Shown in pieces: positions 35,153 through 48,416 of a stretch of 64,000 nucleotides of DNA. Below the pieces are notes generated by a model. It did not search any database, had not been told where the DNA came from, and saw only the letters and a list, made by a program, of their open reading frames with translations. How positions within the stretch are numbered: the first letter of the stretch is position 1; the number at the start of each line of letters is the position of its first letter. The translations under genes were made by a program, and so were the position numbers. The stretch is taken from assembly GCA_010015585.1 (NCBI GenBank), contig ML975160.1, one strand, 5' to 3'. Source of the stretch: Eremomyces bilateralis CBS 781.70. Lineage: Eukaryota.

Positions 35153-36654
35153 ATGCCTGCACCGATAGCTAAAGGTTAGTACTTGGTCCCATACCAGCCC
35201 ACTTCCCCGCGTTTCACCGTATGTCGTGTCGCCACCTACAGTCCTGAGACAGAAGGCAGCTGTTCTGCAGCCTGCCGTGACCGTGTCAAAGGCCTGCCGT
35301 CTAGCATACATGGAAAAGACAAAGCTGATTTCTTTTAGGTATTATAATCGCGGCGTCCGTCCTCTTCGCCGCCGGCATCGCCCTGTACGAGAGCCCCACC
35401 TTCCGCCAATGGGTCGATGAGTCGAGACGAAAGGTGGCCATCGCCCTATACAGCCTCGGAGATGGGGTCAACCCGCCTTCGAGGACGGCAGAAGGCGAAG
35501 AGGAGTCGGAGGAGGCGCGGCAGCAGCGCAGAGAGGAGATCGTACGGCGGAACCGCGCCGAGCTGATCCGCCGAGCTCAGGCGGAGGGCATCGCTGTCGA
35601 CTTGGACGAGCTGGCGGCGATTGGGACGGAGAAGATCAAAGAGCACATCAAAGACATCGACGAGAAGATGGCTTCGCTGAAAGAAATGGGCTTCACGGAC
35701 GAGGAGCGGAACTCGACGCTGCTGGCTGCATACGACGGGAATCTGGAACAAACGGTTGAGCAACTCGTCTACCTCAGTCAGACTGCTGCAAACCAGACCG
35801 CTGGAAACCAGGCCGCTGGAAACCATACATCCACCAGCCGTGCCGACAGATCCAAGAGCTTCGACTCCATCGTCGCCCATGACGGCAGCCTCCTCTCGTC
35901 ATCGCCTGAGCCAGAAATGAGCCAGATGGGCCGCTCCACCGCTTTATCGACATCCAACACTCTTCGCCACCGCGGGCAAGGCAACAGCGGATTCCTCCAA
36001 GGCTCGGCATTCAGCAACCCGTTCGGAGACGAGCATGCCATCATGTACGATGCCGAGTCTATGTCTAGCTCCGCTCAAGGCCAGACGGAGAGTGATATAC
36101 GCCAACGTCACGGAAAAACCGCCACCCTCGCCGGGGGCACCCCAGCACCATTGATCGATCTGACCAGTTCTGTCCCTGAGGCGGAAGCAGAGGCGGAGCT
36201 AAACAACGCAGACATCCTTTCCACCACTCCTTCATTCGACTCCCTCTACGACGACCCCGATATCCCGCGTCCTTCCCGCCGTTCCATCATCGCTGCTGTC
36301 TCCACCCCAGCTCCGATAGCCATTGCCATCGACCCGCCCAGCCGCAGCAACACACCCACCGGTACCGGCGCGCTCACACCTACGTCAGATGGGTTCAACT
36401 CAGAGATGTCGGTCGTGGCGAGCAATGCGGATGACATCGGCATATTGTCGTCCGTCCCCCCGTCTGACGCGGGGGAGGCAAACGCTGACCGGATGAGCGA
36501 CATGGGCGGCTTGAGCGACATGGGCGAGGAGGCGCGCAGCGAGATGAGCTTCAGCGATGTGGGGATCAGCACGCCGGGAAGCTGGACGGATGTGGAGAGC
36601 GATGGGTGGAGTGAAGCAGGGAACGGGGAGCCGCGGGAGGTGGCCGTCCGTTAG
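35153..36654 (+). CDS. Membrane-anchored protein with central UBA domain and acidic disordered tail (~445 aa)
   Basis: Exon 1 MPAPIAK, intron 35175-35338, TM segment GIIIAASVLFAAGIALY, and UBA-like MASLKEMGFTDEERNSTLLAAYDGNLEQTVEQL. Confidence 0.8.
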
Positions 36655-37207
36655 CCGGTGCAGTAGTGGATAGTCGACGGTGTTCGGTGGAGGAACGGGG
36701 ATCTGGAGTCATATATGGGCGTTATAGAGGTACGATTGGTGTAATTGGCGTTGGGTAATACACCCGTGGAACAAATTTGGGGCATGGAGGGATTTCGGGG
36801 GACAATATCGGCGTTGGGGGCCACCGACTTGACTTTGACACACGGTATTGAGTACCCCTCTTCCGTTTCCATGTATACAGTGCCTATTTACTCATTTAGA
36901 TCCTCTATATTCGATTTGAATGTTCATTGTTTGATCGATACCCGCTGTTATGTATACAATGGCGCCCCAAATGCCCCGTCAGACGCCGAACTGTTACTCC
37001 CTAAACGTCCTCTGCAAGAAACCCGTGATGGTCCTCGTGTATCACCGGGAGAACCAGTTTTTGAAACAAACACCAATCCAATCCTGTACTTCGATGCGGA
37101 CTTGGATGCAACGGTACAGCGAGGCCTAAATGTCACCGTTTCTCATCAGCTCTGCGCCCATTTCATCGTAAACTGGCTGAAAGGACACCCGTCCGGCTGT
37201 ATCCAAC

Positions 37208-39207
37208 TCAGTTCCCCGTACTGGTCTTCCTCATCACCAACCCCCCCAGACCCGTCTGCCATCCAAGGATCCCTCCCCTCCCCTCCTCTGCCACCTTCCC
37301 GCTCACTTCCCTCCTCCGGCTGCCGCCCACGCTGGCGTACCCGTCGCTCCCGTGTCCGTACGTATACCCCGCCGTTCCGATATCTCCATCGTCCACGCCG
37401 CTGCGACTCACCACCCGTCCGCCTCCGTCCATCCGTCTCTCCGCCTGGCCGCCCCGGACCGCCTTGGTCGCGGACGCCAAGTCTCCGTAGTACTTCCGCT
37501 TCGGCGTGCCGCCCAGTCTCGTGGGGCTCGGGCTTCCCCGGCCCTCGTCGATGCGGCTGTAGTCTCCGCGAGTGGGGCTCGGCGAGATACCGTATCCACG
37601 ACCAGCGTCGCCTTCGGAAACGTCGCCATCGGGTGTACCATATCGTCGGAAGTTCTTCGATGGCGGGGTTGGTGGGTTCATGCGAAGCGGTTGCGGCATC
37701 AGCCAATGTGCGTTGAAGTCTGGTTCGAGCGGGTTGGTGTGGTCGAGTTGAGTAGACCGAGGATGAGGAACATCATCCACGGGGTCGTCGTTGTCGACGG
37801 ATTGATGTCGGGCGTGATTGGACAACGGCGCATAGCTCTTTTCGCGAGATGAAGGGATCCACGACTTCGGTCGGGATTTGTAGCCGGAGGGACTGCTGGC
37901 CATGGTGTAGGGGGTCTCGGAGTCATGGACGGTCCAGTTATTACCACTCGGCTCGTTGTAGAGGCTAGACACTGGAGATGGAGCGTCGGAACGGGAGTCG
38001 AGAGTGTTTCGCTTTGAAGGCGAAAGCGAGGAGAGCGGTCGTGAAGGTGGGTTGCTATGCGTCTCCTTCATGTAAGAGCCACGGTTAGATGCCAGGTCGG
38101 CGTGAGATGCATGGACGGATGATCTAGGTTGGTATACTCCGTTAGGAGGAAAGTTTATCTGAGACAATGTACGCGGGTTGTGAGCGGAAAATCTGATCGA
38201 TTCTGAATCTCCCTGTCGAGTCGACATGAATGAGACACCCAGGCCCTTGGAATCCTCCGACAGCAAGGAGTCACGCGCGGAGGGGTGCGGGCGACGTGTG
38301 GGGGAGCCATCGAGCGTGACACTGGACATGTTGCTGGCCCGCTTCTCCGACATAGTTGCTGACGACACCGTCAACTCCGAGTTCTTGTATTTGTGCTTGC
38401 TTTTCCTGGAGGTAAGGTTGTCCTCGAGCGGATTCATGTCTGGCGGTAGTCGTGTGATACGTCGGAAGACAAGGAGAAGAATCAGATCAAGCACATCGGA
38501 GGCACCATGAATGCTGGCGTTGACTATAGCCGCATACCATGTATAAGTCATGACATCCTTTGCGGTAATGGTGCCAGACAGGAGCGTCTCCCAGCGTGTT
38601 TTGTCCTTCTCATCTTTGTCGAGGTTATTCTTTGAGGCGATCATGATATAAACGTAGAATGGGATCAATCCCGTATCCATGACCAAGGCAAAGAAATGGT
38701 AACTCGCCGAGCTACCAGGGGTGCGGTCTTTGGCGGCGCGACACAAGTGATAGATCGCATACAAAGTTACTACGACGTCAACCGCAACCTTTACTCACAG
38801 TTAGTAGTATTCCCGTGCAATAGGAAGATGGTTGTCCAAGGGTTTCATACCGGCACTCGGAGGATCCACGACTCTTCGACACTTGTATTCTTGATACAAA
38901 TGACAAGAACCAGCATGCCAATAACTGCAAAAATCTGTAAGGTGCGGAGGAACAGCTGTGTCCATCGTGTGTATTTGACCAAAGATTTTGTCCTCGGGTC
39001 CATCGTCTTCGCATTGGTCTGGCCGTAGGGGAGAATGAGGTAGCTATCGGGATGTTTGTTGAAGTTGATCAACGGCCCATCTTGCTTCGGTTTTGGGGGA
39101 GGAGCAGACACATAGCTCGCTCTTGTCACGGCTTTGGGGTCGAACGGTTTTGACGGGAGGTCGAAGCTGCTGTTGGTCGGCCCATAGAGATATGGTTGGT
39201 GGACCAT
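37208..39207 (-). CDS. Fungal membrane protein: ~4 N-terminal TM helices (MARVEL-like) and long Ser/Pro-rich tail (~645 aa)
   Basis: MVHQPYLY..FDPKAVTRAS..PLINFNKHPDSY, intron 38789-38850, LPPDMNPLEDNLT and C-terminal REVSGKVAEEGRG. Confidence 0.8.
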
Positions 39208-39830
39208 TATGAGGTGGAAGTAGGGCGGAACTGCAGGACGTAACCCCAGACCAGACAAGAGAGCAACGAGATGAATACTCAAGGATCAAAGGCAGTCATG
39301 AGAATGAGCGTGGTTCTAGATCATAGGTGAAGAAGAATATGAGGATGTTGAACTAGGATTTAACCAAGGAAGGTTTGGTGATGTCGCGGAGTGGGCTGGT
39401 GATGCCGATGTGGATAGTCGTGTGTGATACAGTCGGGTGTTTTGGATTACGATGGCCGATGGTTGCATGGGCAACGGGGCCAACTGCGCAGCGTGGGGGA
39501 CTGGGGATGTGCTGAGCTAATCCTCTCAGCCAATCATATCACTAATCGGAGGACTGGAACTGGTAAGGCTGCAAGGATGTTGGGCAAGGCTACAAGGCGA
39601 CAAGGTTGGAACTCTCCCTCTTGGTCCTCTGTCGCATTAAGACATCGCAAGGGAATCAACGAAGAAGAGAGCAACCAACGCGCTGGCCGATTCACATGTT
39701 GCCTATTCTGACTTTGAACGAGTGCATAATGACCCCCATACCTAATGTACCAGTATTGAGAGTACAATTTCCTTCAACGCCATGATCCCTCGAGTTTCCC
39801 ACCAGACTGGAGAACATAGATGCAAGGACC

Positions 39831-42800
39831 ATGGCAGATGAGCATGATCTCCCCCCAAAGGTATTACATCCCCGCTTTGAACTCCATTCAACAGGTCGAA
39901 GTACTTGGCTAATGAGATCATTGACAGCGAAGCCGAGGAGACGGTTCACAACTCTCAAAGTCCAACTCCGATCGAAAGCGAAAGCGAACGGATGAAGAAG
40001 AAAGCTGTCGAAAGAATCGGGGAACCCGTTTCGGTCGTGACAGCAAAGCCACAATAGAGAAGAGCAATTCCCGAAGGAGTGGGAAACAAGCAGACGACCG
40101 GCAGACACTGGATCGTTTGGGAAAAGAGAAGGCGGATGCTGTGGTGTTCTCCTCCGATGGATCGAAATTATATGTTGTCGATCGGAAAGGTGACCGCCAA
40201 AACCTGATATATGGCTCGCTCGGACGGTACAGCATCCCTCTATATCGGCGATCCGGCAATGGAGGTGTGCTTGGTGTACAGGCGTCTCATCGAATAGATC
40301 GAGACGTCTCGGATGACAAAGCTCTGATCGTTCAAGATCGGTTTGCATCCAAAAGAGAGGGTAAAAGTCGACTACATACTCAGAGACATTCAGATCGAGG
40401 TGTTCGTCGTATCCTGCCAAAGGACTCTAAGGAGGCGGAGGACCATGATGCCGACTTCGTTGGTCTGAAGCCAGGGAAGCAATCCCTAAGGAAAGGTGGT
40501 TCCCATATCCAACCTTTCTCGCTCTTTGACCAGGGACATGGAGATTTATCCAGCGATGAAGCCGATGACAAAGCCGAGGACAGTGGCCCAGAGGTTGACG
40601 AAGCCTTGAATGACGCAAAATCAAAACAAGCAGAGCTCTCGAAACGGACGACTTCCGATCCCACGGACCTCCAAGCTTGGCTGGATCTGATCGCCCACCA
40701 AGAGGTCATGGTACGCATGGGAGCAACAACCGATAAACGGGCGATGTCCGGTGCAGAGCGACGGGGTCTGGCGGATGTCAGATTGTCAATCTACGAGAGA
40801 GCGCTCAAAGTAGTTCAGAGCCTGCCGGACCAGGTCAAGCTTGTCCTAGGTCTACTCCGTGAGGGTTCAAATATCTGGGACTCGAAGCAACTGGCAGTAA
40901 AGTGGAAAGACTACATTGACCGATACCCGAAAAGTCCCGACTTACGGATAAGATATATCGATTTCATACAGTCAAACATTGCGATCTTCTCATACGAGAA
41001 ATGCTTGGAGGCATACCGAAAGCCACTTCAGGCTGTCGATTCCACCAAAGAGGACAAACTGAGAATCCTCATACGACTCACGAGATTCATGAAAGACTCT
41101 GGATACCACGAGCTAGCCATCGGTATATGGCAGGCGCTTCTCGAGTATCATACGTTCCACTGCGGTATCTTCAACCGAAGTCTCGATGATATCCAGGAGT
41201 TTTGGGGAAGTGAAGTTTCCCGCATTGGGGAACAGGGAGCACGAGGGTGGAGACATTATTCGTCTCCATCACATCCTTCTGGGTCTAGATTAAGTTCAGG
41301 AACCGCCATGGACGTCCCAGAAGCAGTCCGTTTCGAAGACCAATTTCATCCTACGGCGGACTCTTGCTTTCAGCAATTCGGGGTCCTTGAGTCGTGCCGC
41401 ATGAAGCACCTATTCCTACCCGGAAGGGCAGCGGACGATGTCGGCGAAGACGACCCGTTTCATATGATCATGACTAACGATGTCCTCGATTACTGGGACT
41501 TCCTCCAGGGTGAGGTGGAGCCCATTGCAGTCGTTTCAGCCGTGCTTGGATTCGGTGGCCTCCCACCCCTACCATCTGGGCTCATCAAATGGCATGGAGA
41601 TGCCAAACAACGTGCGGACCAGTTTCTCAGATTTGAAACCCTCTGTCCACCGAAGCAGAGCCCGGAGTCTGGCTCCTTTCGAGATAACCTCGAGAGACTA
41701 AGTCGACTCCCAATGAAATGTCGCATGTTAACAACCGAACATCTCTTCTCGGATGCGTTCGACGCGAATCAGTCTGGTCCCCTGATTGATTGGGTTCGGC
41801 GCGTTCTAGAGCTTATTTCCTTCGCGCCGGAAAAGGAGATGGGGAAGGAACACGTCATCCAAGAATACTTCGTTGCCTTGGAGTGGCATTTTTCGCCCTC
41901 AACGGCCATGAAGACCGCGAAACGTCTCCTTAAGAAGCACCCTTCAAACCTTCGCCTGTACAACGCCATCGCTCTGATGGAATCTCGAAGCGGGAAGACG
42001 GAAGAGTCGGATAGGATATTCATGGCCGCTCTGGACCTGGCATTAAAGCTTGACCAATCTGATCAAGAGCCAAAGATCCTTCTCTTACGCACTTGGGTAT
42101 GGGAGGCCCTGAGACTAGGAGATGTGAAGAAAGCAGCAACACGATTGATGACGTTTGGTTCATCGGAAGTCAGCACGACCGGCCCTGGCGAGGCCAGTGG
42201 CAATGTCTTCACCCCAGCAGCGGTACTTCGTGTCAGACGGATGCTGGCAGATGGCATAGACCATGCCACTTCATTAGGCGATGAGTACCTCGTTGCTCTG
42301 TATGGGGAGTGCCTTGCAATTCTGGAGTATCTGCGGTATGATCGCGACTTTCAGTCTGCTGATTTATCGTTCTCACACTCAATTACCAAAAGTGCGCCGC
42401 TCACAAAGCATTTAATGGCAAACGAGCTATTGCACCAGGCCCGTGCCCAGCTTCTAGCAAGCCATGCTATATTCGTCAAAACATTCAAACCGAGCGCATT
42501 GCGGGACGCGATCCTGACCAGCGTCAACCTGTTCCCTTCGAACACCGACTTTCTCACGCTCTTCGCCGCCAATGAAAGCAAATTTCGGATGGACCAACGG
42601 GTGCGAGCCTTGCTGAAAACGGATGAGAGCGGCGACGAAGAACACGCTTTCATTCGCAGCGTCTTCGCTATCTGGACCGAAATGAATCGAGGGGTGGAGC
42701 TGGGCGGCACCAAACATGCCATTCGATCGGCGTTCGAAAACGCCCTGAGAAACGACGCCGGAAAGCATTCGTTTGCGCTCTGGAGGTCTTACGTGCAGTA

Positions 42801-43077
42801 TGAAATGGAACTGGCGGACTTTGAACGCGCGAAGAAAGTCTTCTTTCGCGGCGTGACGCATCTGCCGTGGTCCAAAGACTTTATGATGCTGGCATTCACG
42901 GAATTGGTAGACCATCTCACTTTCAGGGAGCTGAAAAGGGTTTACGGTGTGCTTGAGGAAAAGGAGTTACGGATAATGGTGAACATTCAAGAGCAAGTTG
43001 ATGAGCGGGAGGAGATGGAAGAGACGAAGCTGGACCCGGTTGGCTTTGCCGGGGATTCCAGTGGAGAAGAAGCTTAG
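39831..43077 (+). CDS. NRDE2: NRDE-2 / Nrl1-like nuclear RNA-processing protein (HAT/TPR repeats)
   Basis: WLDLIAHQE, RLSIYERAL, AIGIWQALLEY, FWGSEVSRIGEQGARGW, EDDPF and KKVFFRGVTHLPWSKDFMM. The 5' exon 39831-39860 and intron 39861-39927 are tentative. Confidence 0.87.
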
Positions 43078-43241
43078 CTGCAGACTAGATTACAGTCTCG
43101 TAAGTACGGATTGACACGCCTATCACGCGCTAGGCGTGGATTTATTAACGAATCTAAATCTATGCATACATGCATGATTCATTAGGCATTCTATGTATCA
43201 AGCACTGGTCATGACCATCATGCGACTATCCATCTATACAC

Positions 43242-45968
43242 TCATGACGATGTTTTGGAGAAAATGTACTTAATCCTCGAGCCAGGCTCTTCCAGCAAGC
43301 GCACCAAGACATCGTCCTCGAACACCGTCGTGAGATCAGGGGGATCAGAAGAATCCAGAGTACAAGGGTCAAAATGCAAGTACTGATTCAGCGTCTTCAT
43401 CCGTGACTTTTCCGCATGGTGCCTTTTGGATGATTCCTTGATCCTCAGTTCCTGCGCTTCGACATTCAGCTGTGACGCCTTGATAAGGGACGGGAGATCC
43501 GGAAGCTCGTCATCATCGTCATCGTCAGATTCGAGATTTATAGGCATCTCGGCGCTCAGACCATCCAGATCTGCCGCAACCGTGCTTCCTCGCCCTTCGC
43601 AGCCGCACTCAAGCAGTTGATGGGTACGACAGGTGCCACTTTCGTCAAGTGTGAAGAGGGCTCGTAACTCATCCCGAGTGAAGGTTGTTGCGGTTTCCTT
43701 CTTGTCCATGACGCTATCTGCGAGGCCGAGCTTTGTAACCTGTCTCTGGTAGATTTTCTCGTCCAAAGCGCCCATCGTGAGCAGTCGGTAGATATGACAG
43801 GCCTTTTTCTGTCCGTCACGGTGAATTCGAGCCATCGCCTGCAAGTCGGTACTTGGATTCCAGTCGATATCGAAGAGGACGAGCCGGTTCGCCCCAATCA
43901 GGTTGAGACCCACGCCCCCAGCTTTTGCAGAGAGGAGAAATACGAAGCCGGATTTCTGATCGGTGCGATTGAATTTGTCAACCAGACCTTGTCGCTTTGG
44001 TGGAGGCGTGGATCCATCAAGACGGAGAAAAGGGTAAGAAAGGGAGGCCATAAGATTCCCAAGTATGTCGAGCGTCGTGGTATAGTTGGATACGACGACG
44101 ACCTTATCATCCGTGTTCGTCCACAGCTGGTGCAGTAGATTATCCAGAACCTGAAGTTTTCCACTTGCCCCGGGAGTTTTTAGGAGAGCGTTTGGGATCT
44201 GTGTCAACAGTTCTCCGACTAGACCAGTTGGACGCTCGTCATCCGCTTTAAGACTGAGTAGCGATGGCGAATTGCAGACCTTCTTGAGGATAGTGATGAG
44301 CTGGAAGGCATTCTCCGATGAGCTAAGAACAGAAGAGAACAGTGGTGAGGAGAGAACGCTTCGGTAGACGGCGGTCTGCGCTTTTGTTGGTTGGCAGAAG
44401 AGGATGTGTTCGGTTTTAGGAGGAAGATATTTGGCTAAGATCTCCGCCGTGCGACGCAAGATGAATAGGTTAGTAAGGGAAGAGAGTTCCTCGCTTCTCG
44501 CGTCGCCCTTTTCAGACTCTTTGGATGAACATTCTGGCTGTCTGGCCTTGATGATTGGATTCTCGAATTCTCTCTTGAATGTCGAATACTTGCCCAAAAG
44601 CCCAGGGTTGATAAAATCCACCATGACGAAGAATTCACTCAAATCGTTCTGTATTGGAGTCCCCGATAGAATGACACGGCGGTCCGTGTTGAGAGATCGA
44701 ATCGCGATTGCGGATTTGTTCTGCGCCGTCTTGAGTCGATGACCCTCATCTGCGATCACAATGTCGACTCCGACTCCTTTCTGAAGGTCTTCAGCGATTG
44801 TTCGAAGCTTCTCATAGCCCACAATCATGATGCTATAACTCTTTCCCATAGTGAAGTCGGTCAATCTCGTGTGTTTTTCGTCGGCAACGAACACGCCGAT
44901 CCGTTCATTTCCAAGCCATTTGCGAAACTCCTTTCTCCAGTTGTTGATCAAAGTGACGGGGCAGACGATCAGCGCTTTCTTGATGACTGGAGGAGATCCA
45001 TCGATCGGGTTCTGCTTCAACAATGTCCAGAGTAGCGCGATGGTCTGAAGCGTCTTCCCTAAGCCCATCTCATCGGCAAGAATCGCCCCTTGGCCATCAA
45101 AAGGTCTTAGGCCCATGACACATTCGTACAAGAACTTGACTCCTTCCCGTTGATGATCTCTTAGATGCTTGCAAATGAACGGATCGACGACAACATCGAC
45201 CACCTGCTTCCCCTTTGGAACGCTCGTTGGCCTCTTCATGACAAGGGCCCCTGGTAGAGTTGGATCGTGACGAGGAACCGGCGCTGGGAGAGCTCGACTC
45301 GGCTCGGACGATGTGGAGGATTTCGCTGCTGGATTTTTGAATTTCGTCTTTGGGAGAGGCTTCCTCGACGCTGCATTCGGCAAGAAATCTTGAGCGTTCG
45401 TGGAAATTGGGAGGTTTTCTACTTTTTCCTTGCGAGCTTTGCGTACGGGAGCGATCTCTACCGCTGGTCTCGAGGCAAGGTATTGGCGTCCGGACAGGTA
45501 ATTCTCCTTCGTCATCATGGAGTCGACTTCGATCTCTTTGCCACCAATCGACAACGCTGAGCCTGAAAATAGCGGCTTGGAGCAGGCCGACTTGCCCAGC
45601 TCTTTCCCCGACTCGTCGTAAAGGTACGCATATCCTCTGCTGACGACGAGTACTCCATCTCCATCCCATGTCTTGTGCTTCTTGGTTGTAAACTTCCTCC
45701 ACAGGACCTGGTAATAATTTTCTGCCTCTTGCTGAGGAGTGGGTTGTAAGGAACTCGCTGCGTTTGGTTGGCTGGTGACCGCCAAAAGAGGCCTTCGGTA
45801 AGCTGTGAAGGAAACGGATGCCTTCGTGACTTTCTCTTCCTTGATCTTTGTCGAATCGGGCTCGACGCGTCGCCTCTTTGCGACGTGTTGGTCATTTCCA
45901 GCACCATCATCTAGGGCCCTATGTTTCAAAAGTGGCGGTTTGAAAGGTTTATTGAATGCGGAGGCCAT
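43242..45968 (-). CDS. RDH54: SNF2-family DNA translocase Rdh54/RAD54B
   Basis: YYQVLWRKFTTKKHKTWDGDG N-terminal domain, ILADEMGLGKT, DEGH, SGTPIQNDL and QAMARIHRDGQ. 908-aa intronless ORF. Confidence 0.93.
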   Translation of the reverse strand: MASAFNKPFKPPLLKHRALDDGAGNDQHVAKRRRVEPDSTKIKEEKVTKASVSFTAYRRPLLAVTSQPNAASSLQPTPQQEAENYYQVLWRKFTTKKHKTWDGDGVLVVSRGYAYLYDESGKELGKSACSKPLFSGSALSIGGKEIEVDSMMTKENYLSGRQYLASRPAVEIAPVRKARKEKVENLPISTNAQDFLPNAASRKPLPKTKFKNPAAKSSTSSEPSRALPAPVPRHDPTLPGALVMKRPTSVPKGKQVVDVVVDPFICKHLRDHQREGVKFLYECVMGLRPFDGQGAILADEMGLGKTLQTIALLWTLLKQNPIDGSPPVIKKALIVCPVTLINNWRKEFRKWLGNERIGVFVADEKHTRLTDFTMGKSYSIMIVGYEKLRTIAEDLQKGVGVDIVIADEGHRLKTAQNKSAIAIRSLNTDRRVILSGTPIQNDLSEFFVMVDFINPGLLGKYSTFKREFENPIIKARQPECSSKESEKGDARSEELSSLTNLFILRRTAEILAKYLPPKTEHILFCQPTKAQTAVYRSVLSSPLFSSVLSSSENAFQLITILKKVCNSPSLLSLKADDERPTGLVGELLTQIPNALLKTPGASGKLQVLDNLLHQLWTNTDDKVVVVSNYTTTLDILGNLMASLSYPFLRLDGSTPPPKRQGLVDKFNRTDQKSGFVFLLSAKAGGVGLNLIGANRLVLFDIDWNPSTDLQAMARIHRDGQKKACHIYRLLTMGALDEKIYQRQVTKLGLADSVMDKKETATTFTRDELRALFTLDESGTCRTHQLLECGCEGRGSTVAADLDGLSAEMPINLESDDDDDDELPDLPSLIKASQLNVEAQELRIKESSKRHHAEKSRMKTLNQYLHFDPCTLDSSDPPDLTTVFEDDVLVRLLEEPGSRIKYIFSKTSS

Positions 45969-46144
45969 TGAATGAAGCGAGAAATGCTTCCCAAGACCAA
46001 TCCGATATAGAGTTCGTCTGTGGTGTTGAAAATGGAACAGGAGGTTGAGACATCATGGACATGCAGTACGCGCCAAGACTGGAACACGACGCGAAGTCAC
46101 ATGACCTGAGATTTGATGATATGGGAGACTTCGATGTTCTCACT

Positions 46145-47813
46145 TTACTCTTCAACTACATGACCAAGAGCCTGTCCAACCTTCACTGTCTGGCCTTTCT
46201 CTATACTCCATTTATATCCTCCTTTCCGTTCGCCTCCTTTATATCCTTCGTCAAAGCTCGGCCGGGCTCCTTTGGGTGCCTCGAATACCATGACGATTGT
46301 ACTTCCAAGCTGGAATCCGCCCATCTCTTCTCCTCGCTTCAAAGCATGACCTCCGAGAACCTTGCTCGCACCCTCGTATGTTGCTTCAACAAATCCCGAG
46401 AACTGTTCACCACGCTGCCACGACTCCTCTGCTGCGGCATCTGCTGCAGTGTCGGTGATGAGCGAGTTGGTCCGTAGCTCTTTATCGAAGTTGATTTTGA
46501 TTGACCCCACATTTGTCGCTCCAACCGGCGTGTAGGAAAAGAAGCCCCATCGCCATCTGCCTAAGAGAACCACTCGCTCGTTGAGAGTGAACAGGCCCGG
46601 TAGCGTCTTCACGAGATAGGGATGAACGCTGAAGAGCTCTCCTGCAAAATGACGTCTCCTTTCCACAACCCAAGCAACCGGTGAATGAAAACGGTGATAG
46701 TCTCCCGGCGCAAGATATATCACGCAGTAGTGGAGCGCCGTGGCGGTCTTCTCCGTCGTCGGGGCCCACCAGGAGGTCGAGGCCTCCGCAAGAGCGAGAT
46801 CGGCTCGAACCTCTGCTTCGGAAGAAGCGACAGGAGTCGTGGACTGATCAGGAGTCTCCACGTCCAGCTTCTTGTCCTTATTGGCCGATCCTGAAAGCAC
46901 GTCTTTCAGAGTGTAATGTATACCGTTGACCTGGGCAAATTCTTCATCGGCTCGAACGTTGTCTTCCTCCGTCTGTCCATCGTTCGTCCGTGAACCCAGG
47001 CTATCCGATCGCGATGGTTGTGGTGTCGTGGTACCCGATGTGCTGGGAGTCTTAGTCCCCAGCAACGCATCCAAACTGTAGGTGACGCCTTTGACCTGCT
47101 CGACTTCACCGCCCTCTATCAAACCATATTGGACGATTTTCCCGTCCGCGGGAGAAAGTATAGCGTTTGGATCGGGATCCGATGGTCGAGCCCCCTGTTT
47201 AAGTTCGCGATAGAAGAAGGCGGCAAGGTTGGGATATGTATGGAGATCGGGTTCGGCCACTTCATCGAGTTTGACGTTGAACAGGTAGGAGTAAAGTTTG
47301 AAACCGGGGACTCGCAGATAGTAAGGTATATCTAAGGAATTAAACCATCCCCATAATCGAGAAAATGCTTTTAGAGGTAGCGTGGTCATTACTTGAACTT
47401 GCCTGTACACTTGTAAGTACTTCATGACGGAGCTGAACCGAATGAATTTACCAAGGTTCACTTGGTCTTATACGTCTCCGGTCCCTTGGCCGACCAAGGC
47501 CATCCATCTCTTGATCTTCTAGCTCCTCCTGGAGTTCCTTCACTCGTTCTCGCTCTCGTCTTTGCACATGGTAGAACTGCACTCCGCCGAGGAAGGCAAT
47601 CCCCAGCGCAATGGGGATGGGTTTCCATTCGATTTTCGTATTGCGTAGGGCAGTCCCTAACCTAGCACGGAAGGATTGCTTCCCCTCGGAATCTTGCTTT
47701 TGTGAAAGACAACGGGGAGAGTTGCAGAAGCCTCTCCTGGATGCAGGAGGAGGCTGATGCCAGAAACGGCGGCCAAGCTGGAGCTCGACCTTCAGGGACA
47801 ATCGTTTGGACAT
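46145..47813 (-). CDS. PSD1: Mitochondrial phosphatidylserine decarboxylase
   Basis: Presequence plus TM helix, SPADG, IYLAPGDYHRFHSP, VGATNVGSI and the LGST autoprocessing motif. Intron 47403-47451. About 539 aa. Confidence 0.95.
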
Positions 47814-48416
47814 GATAGATATTGAGCATTACATATCGTCGATGGACTCACGATAGGAACAAAAGAAGGGTGAAGTGATAAAGAACCTGGAGTTTCCCCG
47901 TCCTGTCTGTTGGATTCATTGATTGATCGGCCGTCTAATACGGGTCTGATATGACGCAGCTTGCGGCTTGCGGCTTGACTTCGTCACGGACTGAACTTTT
48001 TCTGGTGAGAAGCGCAAGGAGACTCCGGCGGACGACTACGACCACCATGCACCGCAAACAAAGCTCCAGTTCATCACTCATCTCGCTGTGAGGCAACGTT
48101 TCAAATGGACTGATGATAAAGCTTCCGGAGACAACAGCCAGCAATGCAAGGCCAGAATACTGACGGCAGACGGAAAGAATTACGGCGGGGTTGAACCAGC
48201 ATGCTCAAATCCCCCTACGATTTCAAAGCCAGTATTTCTCATTCAGCTGATTAAACCCCCGAAACGTCTCTTGGGGAACACTAAGACGCGCAACCGCAAT
48301 TCGTTGAAGTTGGCCGCCAGCCGGTACGTGATATGCCGTCTTCGAAACTTTGATTATGATAGTGCGGTTCTGACATCTTTCAGATTCGGTGGCGGGTCCG
48401 CCTAAACTTATTCAAC

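Noticed and set aside
36745..37716. Long antisense ORFs (323 aa here; also 16029-16670, 18825-19625, 27597-28205, 32561-33376, 39692-40420, 50277-50969)
   Set aside because: They are shadows of GC-rich real genes on the opposite strand, with no recognisable domains.
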